DNA of 64,000 nucleotides from Plasmodiophora brassicae (Eukaryota): NCBI GenBank assembly GCA_036867785.1, contig CP145421.1, positions 62,001 to 126,000 of the forward strand, read 5' to 3'. Shown piece by piece: positions 34,154 to 45,100 of this stretch (position 1 is its first letter; each line of letters starts with the position of its first letter). The notes under the pieces were generated by a model. It saw only the letters and a program-made list of their open reading frames with translations, ran no database searches and was not told where the DNA came from. The position numbers and the translations under genes were made by a program.

Positions 34154-37100
34154 CTAGTTGCTGCGTCGCTGCTTCCGTCTGGATCCGGTACCTTTGGTGC
34201 GCGTCCGTTTCGGCGTCGGCGGTACCAATTGAGATAACGCCTCAGCATGCTGATGATCGTCGCCAAGTTTGCGAATCAACTCCGGTAGCAACTGGGGAAC
34301 GTCTTCAGCGATGCGAGCTGCTGGTTCCCATGTCGCTTCCGATAACTCGAAGCCGGACCAGGCCACCTGGATCTGGAGCTCATGCGTGTCACGATCCAGA
34401 CGACAATCGAGGAGATCATCCACCAATAGCTTCTGGTCCGCTTGCTGCAATTGCTGCTTCAGCTCGACAGTGACGTTCAGGTCTTCGTCGGCGTATCGTC
34501 GGATGCGTTGCGTGTGCGCTTCAAACCGACGCGAGGTAAGAATGTCCTCCAGCTCGTAGACTTGATCGTTGATCCGTCGAACGACTCGATACGGTCCCCG
34601 CCAGTGCGCGGCCAACTTCTGCGCTGGTCCGAGCACAGCCTTCGCGTTCAGCACATAGTCGCCGGGGATGAACGACTCGGACTGGTACTTCTTCAAACGT
34701 CGTGCCCGCTGCTGGACATTCGCGGCGTGCTGCGCCGTCTTCGCGTCATCGACCGCCTTGTGCAGTTCGTCCAACGCGACTTGCATCTCCGCCAGGTACA
34801 TCACGACCGACTCAGCCGAGACTGGTCGAAACTGATCGGCGGCTGGATCCCAGATGCGGTCGAGTGGGCTTTCTGGCTGATTGCCGGTGATGACCGTGTA
34901 CGGTGCGTTACCAGCAAGTCGCTTGCTCGGAGCATGGTTGATTGCATGTTGTACGACCGGGCACAGGTACGGCCAGTTATGGGTACTTATTTGTGCCTCG
35001 CTCAGAATGGATCGCAGCATGTTCAACACCGTTCGGTTAGCTCGTTCGACTGTCCCATTCGCCCATGGGCAATAAGCAAGAGTGATGTGATGCTGAATCT
35101 CGCGTAGGCGCGACAGCTCCTTGATCACCTCCGCCGTGAAGTGGGATCCACCATCGGTAACCAAGTATTCTGGCGTCTCGAAGTCTGCAATCCACTGATT
35201 GATGGCGTCCGCGGCAGCTCGACTGGTTGCGCCCTGGCATGGAACCAGGCGCACGTACCCGCTGTAGTCGTCCTTCATGACCAGGATATACTTGTACGGG
35301 TGGTCGGTTCCACGAACAGGCTCCACATACAAGTAGTCCATGGCCATGACCTGGAATGGACGTTGCCCATGAAGTGCTTCTCCCAACGGTCGTGGTACCT
35401 TCCTGCCTCCTCTTGTGGTAATGCAGTGGATGCATTGCTGGCACATTTGCTCAACGTCCTTGTCGATGTCAGGCCAGCAGAAACGTGACATAATCGTCTG
35501 TTTCGCCACTTCCGAAGCACGATGACCTGCACTTCCACTGTGTCCAATGATGAGGATGCGCAAGCGTAGACTTCGACATCCAACATGGATCGGGATCAAG
35601 GTTGCTCCATCCGTGGATTTCCAAAGGCGATCAGTGTCATCGAAGAATATACCGTCCTCGATCTTCTCCTCTCGAGTCAGTAGCCTCTGCGAGTCCCTGA
35701 TCTCTTGTTCCGTCGGCCAACTGAAGTCTGGATGTTTTCTAGGGGTCGCCCGTAGATTGTCCATCTTGAGCAGACGCGTTGTCCGACACTTCAGCGCGAT
35801 ACGTCCAGACCCCCATCTCGTCAGAAGGTCTGCCCAGACGTTATCAACACCAGAGATCTCCCTGATCTCGTAATCGAAGCCTTGAAGATGTAGCGCCCAT
35901 CGTTGCAGCTTCTGAGCGGTATGCTTCTTCACTTCCGAGTCAGGATTGAAGATGTACGTCAGGTTGCGGTGGTCGCAGTAGGTAAGGAATGGTCGGGATG
36001 TCTGGAGGAGAAAGTCACCGCGCTCAGTGGCATAGATGATAGCGGCCGCCTCCTTCTCGACGATTGGCCATCGCAACTCGGAACCGGAGAACCGCTTGCC
36101 ATAGAATGCAAGAGGCTCGTGCCGCTGCTCATGAACTGGGAGCGCGATATCTTCACGTGGAATCTGCGTGATGACCGCTGACCATGCCACCTCGCTGGCG
36201 TCCGTGAAGAGGCAAGTCTGGTAATCAGGTTTGGGATAGGCTAGCTGAACATGATTGATCAGGGCGAAACGTAGATCCTCAAATGCTTGGGAATGCACGG
36301 TGTTCCAACCCAGATCGATCAGCCCCATTGAAGACGCAGATGAAGACTGAACATTTCGAAGGTCGGGTTGGATGCGTCGTAGTTCAGCGTGCGCCTCATC
36401 AATGATTGCCTGCAGAGGTCCAACAATGTGTGCATATCCTGGCACGCTCGTCCGCATCCAGTTCGCCGCCCAGAGGAACTGCTGCAAGTCCTTGATCGTC
36501 GTCGGTTGCGGCATGTTCATCAACGACTCAATGCGCTCTGGATCATGTCGGATACCATCCTTCGAGTAGATGCGTCCGCACCACTTCAGCTCTCTGGCGA
36601 ACAAGGTGCACTTCGTCGGATTGAGCTTCAGGTTGCGTTCACCGCACCTCTCCAGCACCAAGGACAGTTGGGCGAGCAACTCGGCCTCCGATCGGGCAAA
36701 ACCAAGCAAATCATCTATCCAGATGAGCAGATGGTCCTGCATGTCGTCGAAGATCCTCGCCACCCGCGCCTGGAACTGAAGAGCGGAATTCATGCCTCCC
36801 TGAATGCTGCGGGTTGGAGTGTAGACCGCATCGTCCGTCATGAACGAGAAGATTTCCTGGCACTCCTTGGCTAGAGGCATCAGCCAAAAACCTTTGTGCG
36901 CATCAATGGTGAAGAAGCACGTCATGCCGTTGAGCTTGCGAGTAGCCGCTTCGACGTTCGGCATCGGCCAGGCAGTCGGAACAGATCGCGCATTGACTTG
37001 ACGCAGGTCAACACATAGGCGATATCCGTTGCCATGCGGCTTCTTGACCACCAGCACTGGACTGGCCCATCTCGAATTCAGATTCAGGTAGATGAGACCG

Positions 37101-38896
37101 TTCTCCTTCAACATCCGGATCATGTCGTCCAGAAACTCCTTCTGATTGGGATTGTAGGTGCGCGGCTTACATCGGTATGGCGTGGCGCCTGGTTTCAGTT
37201 TTGTCACCATCGGTTCGACGTCCACCGGTGCATCATGACCGAGCTTCGTTCGGAACTCGTTGACGTGCCTCTTCAGCATCAGACGAAGACGTGCTAATCC
37301 GGCGCGTGACATGCCGTTCTGCCGGGCTTCGTGCACGAGTTTGTTCAGCTCGATCTCGATCTCTCGCACGTTAATCGGTCCGATATCGACGTCCGCTGTT
37401 GCCGGTTCATGGTCGTTCGTTGGGTGCTGATTGTGCGACTGGTCTCCCGTCAACGTTGCCATGCGCGTAACGATGTACTCCACGTTCTGAATAGAATCCA
37501 CATCGACGAGTGCACATCCCGACTGGACCACCCTCGATAGCTGCTGAACAGGACTAATGCCCAGAGCTGCCAACAGGTCGTTGCCGATGAGCGTGACTGT
37601 GACCGCGTCCGAGATGTAGAACTCCACGTTGAACAAGGTGATCTTGCCCACCGTCGTCTCGAGTGTCGTCATTGGGACTTTCACCATTTGATCGCATGAT
37701 CCAATTGCGTGATCATCTGCTGCTAGGATCTCCCTCGCCGTCACGGGCTGGAAGATTACCTCACGGAGCTGGCTGGCAACAGTGCTTGGCATGATGTTGC
37801 CGCCCCGGCAGCCGGAATCGAGTTCATATGGTACACGTACGTCTCCAATGACCATCCACTGTTGGCCCCCCTCCAATACAGGATAGCGTTGCACCTTCTT
37901 CACCTTTATTGGAGGAGGGCCCACTCGGGCGTTCGCCTTCACCAAAGTCCTGCACTCTTCCTCGCTGGGCTTGGTCGGACAGTCGCGTAGCGTGTGGCGA
38001 CCCTTACAGTGCCAACACGTGGGTGCACGACTGGGCCTGGAGGCGTCAGCTGCGGGTGGAGCCGCCGCTGATATCGGCTTGCTAGGCTTCGGCGAGGGTG
38101 CGACCTTTGCTGGTGCGGGTTCGGATCGATAGCGCTTGACTCGGTCCAGTCGTCCTGCTGGGGTAGCGCGCCCGGTATCGGGACGGCCTCCGCCTGCGGC
38201 GTGTTGCTTGTCATACTGACGAAGCTCGGCGACTGTGCGCTTCGGCGTGTTGCCTAGCGCATTCGCCTCGTTCTTATGCGCCAGCAGGAACGCATCCGCC
38301 CAACGCTTCGCCTCTGCCTTCACCGCGACGATGTTGCCTTCTCGCGCAGGCTTATCATCAGTTACCCATCGGCGCAGGTGCTGGCGCAGGCGGAACGGCT
38401 GCATCGCGTCGACGAACAGGCTGACGCGCGCCTTCCTGCCCCCCACGCTTGACCGCAGATCATAACCCAGGCGGTGCTCGTGCTCGTTGAGCGACTCCAG
38501 CACCGACTGGATCATGTCTCGCAAGGTGGCCAGGTTGACGTTCATGTAAACATGGCTCGCCAACCTGTCCGCCATCTCGTACGGCTGCAGTCCATGGCCG
38601 TCCCGCAAGTCGTTGATCGTGTCGACCATCCACTGCTTCAGAGTGGTCTCCGTCAGATCGTCTACGGAGGCCAGCTCTAGTTCGTCCAACGCGATCAGCT
38701 TCAATTGCGCGGCCGTGAAGCAGTGGACGACCGACTGCGGCTTGACCCTCTGGCTCGCAGGACGCTGCCGTTCCCGATCGGTAACGACAGCACAGTACTT
38801 GTCGTACTGTTCCTGCAGCCGCTGGATCGACGGCGCATCGAGCTTCTTCGTGCTCGGTAGCATGAACGCGTCGCGCACTGGTGTGTTGACCGCCAT
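34154..38896 (-). CDS. Gag-Pol polyprotein of element A (Gag CCHC, PR, RT, RNase H, IN, chromodomain), intact single ORF of 1580 aa
   Basis: CWHCKGRHTLRDC, LDSG, WIDD, FTDAS, H..H..CQQC, TDGGSHF, NGTVER, GPY and QVAWSGFELSEATWEP. Confidence 0.95.
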   Translation of the reverse strand: MAVNTPVRDAFMLPSTKKLDAPSIQRLQEQYDKYCAVVTDRERQRPASQRVKPQSVVHCFTAAQLKLIALDELELASVDDLTETTLKQWMVDTINDLRDGHGLQPYEMADRLASHVYMNVNLATLRDMIQSVLESLNEHEHRLGYDLRSSVGGRKARVSLFVDAMQPFRLRQHLRRWVTDDKPAREGNIVAVKAEAKRWADAFLLAHKNEANALGNTPKRTVAELRQYDKQHAAGGGRPDTGRATPAGRLDRVKRYRSEPAPAKVAPSPKPSKPISAAAPPAADASRPSRAPTCWHCKGRHTLRDCPTKPSEEECRTLVKANARVGPPPIKVKKVQRYPVLEGGQQWMVIGDVRVPYELDSGCRGGNIMPSTVASQLREVIFQPVTAREILAADDHAIGSCDQMVKVPMTTLETTVGKITLFNVEFYISDAVTVTLIGNDLLAALGISPVQQLSRVVQSGCALVDVDSIQNVEYIVTRMATLTGDQSHNQHPTNDHEPATADVDIGPINVREIEIELNKLVHEARQNGMSRAGLARLRLMLKRHVNEFRTKLGHDAPVDVEPMVTKLKPGATPYRCKPRTYNPNQKEFLDDMIRMLKENGLIYLNLNSRWASPVLVVKKPHGNGYRLCVDLRQVNARSVPTAWPMPNVEAATRKLNGMTCFFTIDAHKGFWLMPLAKECQEIFSFMTDDAVYTPTRSIQGGMNSALQFQARVARIFDDMQDHLLIWIDDLLGFARSEAELLAQLSLVLERCGERNLKLNPTKCTLFARELKWCGRIYSKDGIRHDPERIESLMNMPQPTTIKDLQQFLWAANWMRTSVPGYAHIVGPLQAIIDEAHAELRRIQPDLRNVQSSSASSMGLIDLGWNTVHSQAFEDLRFALINHVQLAYPKPDYQTCLFTDASEVAWSAVITQIPREDIALPVHEQRHEPLAFYGKRFSGSELRWPIVEKEAAAIIYATERGDFLLQTSRPFLTYCDHRNLTYIFNPDSEVKKHTAQKLQRWALHLQGFDYEIREISGVDNVWADLLTRWGSGRIALKCRTTRLLKMDNLRATPRKHPDFSWPTEQEIRDSQRLLTREEKIEDGIFFDDTDRLWKSTDGATLIPIHVGCRSLRLRILIIGHSGSAGHRASEVAKQTIMSRFCWPDIDKDVEQMCQQCIHCITTRGGRKVPRPLGEALHGQRPFQVMAMDYLYVEPVRGTDHPYKYILVMKDDYSGYVRLVPCQGATSRAAADAINQWIADFETPEYLVTDGGSHFTAEVIKELSRLREIQHHITLAYCPWANGTVERANRTVLNMLRSILSEAQISTHNWPYLCPVVQHAINHAPSKRLAGNAPYTVITGNQPESPLDRIWDPAADQFRPVSAESVVMYLAEMQVALDELHKAVDDAKTAQHAANVQQRARRLKKYQSESFIPGDYVLNAKAVLGPAQKLAAHWRGPYRVVRRINDQVYELEDILTSRRFEAHTQRIRRYADEDLNVTVELKQQLQQADQKLLVDDLLDCRLDRDTHELQIQVAWSGFELSEATWEPAARIAEDVPQLLPELIRKLGDDHQHAEALSQLVPPTPKRTRTKGTGSRRKQRRSN

Positions 38897-41800
38897 GCCG
38901 ATAGTGGCTTATGTGCAACGTGGGTAGAAGTCTCGTAGTAATGCTAAGGTCGAGAACCACTAAAGCTAGCTTTGAGGTCTTTTCCCAGAATAGTGAACTC
39001 CTTTAATAGACCTAGCTGGATCACAGGCCATACTGTGCCTGTGTGGTATCATGCTAGTAGCCCATGACAGTGTCAACAGAGATGCCAGTGGGGAACAGCG
39101 GGTGATGTCATCAGAGTCAGGCTGATGTAGGGAATGAGCCATATATAGCCGGCCCATTTCTACAACCAGCACGATCGCGGCGATCGTAGCGGAGGCGCTC
39201 CAGGCACAGCGCGTCGACATCGACGCCATGCTCCGGCAGCAGCGCGCTGAGATCTTGGCGCAGATCGCCGCCAGCCCGTCCATCGTCCCCAAGACCGAAA
39301 CCATTGATCCTGATCGACCGCCGACTCCCTTGTCGACCATATCGTACTCGACACCAGTCCGGCTGCACACGTTCACGGGCGATGACTCGGTCGATCCAAT
39401 GTCTGCGACGACGTGGTTCGACGAGTTTTGCCGCTTCGCTGACGCGGATCCGACGTCACCGGCACTGCTGTCGAATGCGGCCAGGAGCCTGTTTTGGCGT
39501 CGAGCCTGGACGGCGTGGCGCTGAAGCTGTACGTGGCTATCAAGCCATCGTCCCCGCAGGCCCTCAAGACAATGCTCCTGGAGAACTTTCCGGAGATCAC
39601 TGCCGCGCGCGCCAAGGCTGAATTCGACGCCCTGCGCCAGACGGGCCCGTTTGCCGGGCATCTCGTGGAGTTTCGACGCCGCTACTTTGTCGCTGTCGCC
39701 CGCGACCCGGACTGCCGTCTAAGCGACTCCTCGCTGGCCGAGAAGCTGCGCACATCGCTGACCCCTGCGCTGGCCGAGGAGCTGTACAAGTGGCAGCTGC
39801 GCAGCTTCTCCGCCATGGTGGATAATGCGGTCCATCTGGCGCCGCTGTTCCCGGTGCCGTCGGCTGCGATTTTGAACGTGGCCACAAGCGAGCTGCAGCC
39901 TCTGACCGACGAGGAGCGGGACCGTTGTCGCCGCGAAGGCCGCTGTTTTCGCTGTCGCGAACCGGGACACATGGCGAACCAGTGCCCCCGGTCCCAGCCG
40001 GGAAATGTTCGCGGGTGATCCGAGCCGGGTTCGCGGATCGCCCACTACATGACGACATTCTTGAACCCGATTGCCTCTTTATCTCTTCTATTTATTCCAG
40101 CGTACGATTCGTCCCGTCTGTCACTGTCCCCATTCAGCTATTTATCGCATCACGTGTCATTTCGACTAAGGCCCTTATCGATTGTGGCGCTACGTCTTCG
40201 TTCGTCGACTGGTCCTTCGCTCGGTCGAACGACATTCCCTGCGTTGCGAAGCAGCAGGCGATTGCTGTCAAAGTAGTTGATGGCAGGGCCCTACCGCCGG
40301 TGTCGCAGGAGACGCTACCCATGGCTGTGAGGGTCGACGGTCAGTTCCAGGACAGCAACTTGATTTTGAATGTGATCCGCGCTCCCAACCATCCCATCAT
40401 TCTCGGGATGCCGTGGCTCGAACACCATAATCCGGTGATCGACTGGCGTCAGCGATCTGCAGCCCGCCGTGACTCGGCGACCCCAACATCGACACCGGCT
40501 CCGCCACGTCGCTCACCTCTTACAGTATCGACGCTAGACAAGGTCGACCCCATGATTCCGGTAGGCGAGAGCCGAGTCGCTGAGGGAGCTTCTCGCCCGT
40601 CGGATCCTCCTGCGTTCACCTTGGACCAGCGCTCCGATGCCTGCTCTCCGCGTCAACAGCGAACTGATGGCGGTCCCGTCTTGTCGGCCGTGTCCCACAC
40701 CCCAGCCTCTGTGGCGGCTGAAGCGTGGGTCACATCTGGCCTTCGATTATGTTTTGTGGGCCTGTGGCTGGTTTGCATAGCGCTACTGCCTCTCCTTGTC
40801 TGTCTCTGCTCCGGCGCCCTTGTCGCTTGGATCTTTCGGCTCGCGCTACTGGGATGCGGTTTCGGCGCTTGTTTCGCCTGGATTTCCTTGTCCGCACCCC
40901 TGAACGGTTGCCGACCCACCGTTCGCGATGGGCCTGTCAACCCAGCCGCGACCGAGGGCCCCGCGTCTGCAAACGTGGCCACGTCGTCGACTTCTGCCGC
41001 GAGTATATCTCCAGTTCGATCCGGTCATTCGTGCAATCGCCGGCCAGCCGAATGGCGTGGTGGGTGCCGCCGCCCACCCCTTAGCCGGCGCAGCATGGCA
41101 ACCGTTACCACCGAGGCCGCAACCCCGACTACATCTCCCGATGCGTTATGGGTTCGGCGCTGTCACGATCAGGCAAGCTGATGCAACGAACGCTTTGACG
41201 GACTGGCGAAGTCCGTCGCGGGGTTCGGGATTTATTCAGTCATCACAGAATAGTCCTCTTCTAGCGATTGGGTCTCCGCCGGTTTCGGGAGCGAGGGCCA
41301 GGTTTATCGGGATATCGAGCATGAAATTCAGCAATCGCTTGGTCCTGGCCTCCTGTCCCATGGAGATTGCCCGCGGGTTCCCAGGTGCGATCGGACGGGG
41401 AGTATCCTTCCCAATCTATGAGATATTGCAACCGCCTCGACCGGTATCGGGAATCCAAGATCGACTTAACGATGAACAGGGGCTGGTCGTCATCTTCCAA
41501 TACAATGGGCGGCGGCGGTGGCTGTTGGCGATGTGGAAGGACATTAGGCGTATACGGTTCCAGCTGTGACACATGGAAGACGTTATGTAGGCGCGAGGTA
41601 GGAGGCAGCTTCACTTCGTATGCGACAGGGTTAACTGTGCGAACAACTTGGAAGGGTCCCAGCAGACGGTCATCCAGTTTCCCGCACGGGCGGCCAGTCG
41701 ATAAGGTTCCACGCCTGAGCATGACGAGATCACCCACCCATGCAGTGGTGGTGGTTCGCGGCGACGGCGATCCGCAGAGCGTGTGACGTCCCAACGGTGA

Positions 41801-42155
41801 TGGTATATCAGCCGTGTAGTATAATCGTCTGTGTCCCCGACCTGCAGCTCCCACGGACGCCGTGCGGACTCCGTGCGCACTCCGTGCATGTCCGTCATTC
41901 TTAGGGCGGCCTAGCCGGATCACAGCTATTCTTGTCTTATAGCTTGGAGCCGGCACATTCCCCTCCTTCAACGAAATGCTCCTCCTTGCAGGTGTCTTCA
42001 GTGGTGGTGTATCCTAATCATGTCTTCTCCTTAATATAGTCTAATTAACATAATTAAGTCTCAATCTTCGTAGAACACAGTTTTGGCTTCTGTCGTCACA
42101 TGGCCGTCGGCATTAAAATAACCCAGCGCGCATCCGGGAAAAAAGCATGACTAGC

Positions 42156-45100
42156 CTACTGGACTCCTTCCGCCTTAAGTAACTCCTTAACCTCATCAGC
42201 AAGGTGATGTTTCTCCTTCCTCATCCTGGCGGCATGTGCCTTCACCAGCTTCGGTACATCCATCGCCAACCTGCAGATTGGCTCCCATGAATCCTCCGCT
42301 TCAGAGAAACCCTTCCATCCGATCAACAATTCCAATTCCCCTGTCTCCGGACTGTGCCTGCAGTCCTTGAAGACTTCAATGGCGAAACGCTCATTGTCAT
42401 AATCCATCTGTCGCTTCAGTTCCTCAGTGGCATTCACTTTGCCATGTTCATAGAGGCGAACGCGGTCCCCGTGAACGGTTCGAGTGTCCGTCTCATTGAA
42501 CATATTCCTCACCTCGTAGGTGTAGTTCTCGTGGCTATCAGTTATTTGATATAGGCCCCGCCACTTCATAAAGAGCTTCTTGCCCGGAACCTTACCCGGT
42601 TCAGGCAATCCGATGAGTACATAGTCACCGATCTGAAAGTTCGGTGCAGTTGCTCGTCGGTACGCGTCGCTCCTCTTCCTGTGTACGGCTCGGATTTTCT
42701 TCGATTGCTGCACTGCTCCCTTGTGCATTTCATTCAGCGACGTCTGCAATTGCATGACTAGCTCCTGAATATGCTCCTTTGAGAGTGTAGCTTCCCCATA
42801 CTTCTCATCCCCTGGCCTCTTGAACACTTGCTTCAGCGGGTTGTCTGGTTGACGTCCCATCATCACTGTCACTGGCGCATTCCCGTTGGTACGCGCCTGC
42901 GACCTGTGATTGATCGTGTGTTCAATGTTGTGGTTCAACCATGGCCAATCGTATTTGTCCCACTGCAATTCAGACAGAAGTGCTCTGACTAGTTGCAAGT
43001 AGTTCCTGTTGATCACCTCAATTGATCCATTACTGTAATGCCCATAGGCAACAGTCGGGTGATGAGCAAATCCACATCGACGCGCCAGTTCCTTCACAAC
43101 GTTTGCCAGAAAGCAAGACGCCATGTCTGACACCATCAACTCAAACGTTCCGAAGATAGCCCTCCATTCGAGCAGTGCCTCTACAGTGGTTTCCGCATTG
43201 GGTGTATGGTCAGGAGTAATCTTGACCATGCCAGACAGATCATCCCTGATTATCAGGTTCCATTGCAGATCATGTCTTCCGCCCTTCTGAGCCGCCATCA
43301 TGTATAGCCAATCCAAGTGAATCACCTGATTCGGCCTAACACCATGAACAGCTGTTCCCAATGGCCTGGGAATCCTAACCCCGCCCCTTGTCGGTAGACA
43401 GTTCAAACACGCGTTGCAGAACGTCCTCATGTCCTCATCGCAGTGTGCCCAATGGCAGAACTCCCCCAACTTCCTCAACGAGGCCTTCAGTCCTAGATGC
43501 CCACTGTTTCCGCCCGCATGAGCAATAGCGCATAGCTGCAGCTTCAGCTCGTTGCATTCGTCTGGTATGATCACCTGTCCCTTCCCTGTGACGAAGAGAT
43601 CATCACCATTCTTCGGTCGTTTCGTTCCTCTGAGCCATTTCCTCTGAGCCTTACGGATTTCGTCCACGGTCGGCCATTGGAATTCCTTCCTTTGTAACGG
43701 CCGTACCCGATATCCGTCCTCAATTTGAAGCGTTATCCTCCTGATCGTGCGTACCTCTAGGTGCTGGTCATCAGGCCCACCGTCCGGTGCACCCCACCGC
43801 GTCATAAGATCCGACCACACATTGTCCTCCCCCGCAATGTGTTCAATGACGTAGTTGACCCTCTGTATGTCCAGTGCCCATCGTTGCAGTTTCTGCGCCG
43901 TTGGCTTTGACACGTCCGTTGGTGAGAATATCCTCACGAGATTCCTATGATCGGTAAACAAACGAAACTGCTCGTTGGTTGTAACGAGATAGTCCAGTTT
44001 GTCAATCCCATCCTTGATCGCGAACCCTTCCTTCTCCACCGTGGACCAGTTCCGCTCTGGGCCCGCGAACTTGTGTCCGACGAAACCCAGCGGTTCATGT
44101 CGCTGCCCATGCACTGGTTTACCCAAGTCCTCAGGCGGAATCTGTGTGACTACCGCCGCGCTGTTAACCTCATTTGCATCTGAGAATAGGCATTGGATCC
44201 GGTCCTTTCGCGGGTACGCTAGTTGGACCGTGTCCGCCACTGCCATCTTCAGTTTCTCGAATGCCAGCGCATGTTCGGGTGACCATCCATATTTGCACAA
44301 TCGCACCCTCCTGGCAATGGCTTTCGTCCTGCCAGGTTGGTCCTTCATTGCATCCTCGTATATCCTCTGTAACAGGTGTACCTTCCTGTTGTACTCAGGG
44401 ATGGACCTACTCATCCACTGAGTTGCCATAAGGAATTGTTGCAAGTCCCTTGCCGTCCTCGGCTGTGGTATCGCCATTAAAGCCTCAATCCTAGCAGGAT
44501 CGTGCCTTACCCCTTCTGGCGTGAATATCCTTCCACAGAACCGAACCTCTGTTGTGAAGAGCTCACACTTCTCCACGTTGAACTTGATGCTGTGCCGTTC
44601 GGCTAGCATCAGAGTCCGTTCCAACGTTCGGAACCAATCATCCTCCCTTTGGGCATGCCCCATTAGATCATCGATCCATATGATTAGTTTGTGGAACATA
44701 AGTTCCCCGAACACCTCAAACATCCTCCCTTGATACTGAGGGGCGGAGTTCATTCCCCCCTGCATCGACCTCGTTGGCTTATACACCCCCTTATCTGTCA
44801 TGAAGGAGAAGATCTCCTGACACGCTTCATCCAGCGGCATCATCCAGAAGCCTTTGAACGCGTCTAGCTTAAACCAGAACCTCGAGCCTGCCAGGTTCCT
44901 CAGTATCGCCTCCTGATGTGGCATAGGCCACGCCACGGCGACACATTTGGCATTAACAGCTCTGAGATCAACACAGAACCGCTTTCCGCCCCCTGGCTTC
45001 GTCACCACCACCACCGGTGAAGCCCACTTCGCGTTGTAGTTTTCAACGACTAGGCCATACTTCTTCAATTGGGCGACGAATTCCTCCATGAAAGCACTGT

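Larger units (their letters stand above)
33167..39164 (-). mobile_element. Full-length chromodomain-bearing Ty3/Gypsy element A; LTRs 33167-33371 and 38973-39164; 4-bp TSD ACCA
   Basis: TG..CA LTRs are identical except for a 13-bp indel. ACCA flanks both ends (33163-33166, 39165-39168). PPT GGAGAAAAGGCAG. Confidence 0.96.
32948..41160 (+). mobile_element. Ty3/Gypsy element B, 5' half only: 116-bp LTR 32948-33063, gag from ATG 33082 (split by element A), CCHC knuckle and protease; truncated at 41160
   Basis: The LTR reads TGTCA...TGACA. Gag runs in frame across the A insertion (33082-33166 + 39169 onward). Motifs CFRCREPGHMANQC, ALIDCGAT and ILGMPWL. Confidence 0.82.

Noticed and set aside
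39100-39125. CTGATGA on the minus strand of the element A LTR as a hammerhead ribozyme core
   Set aside because: No stem II followed by GAAA was found, and the motif is disrupted in the other LTR copy.
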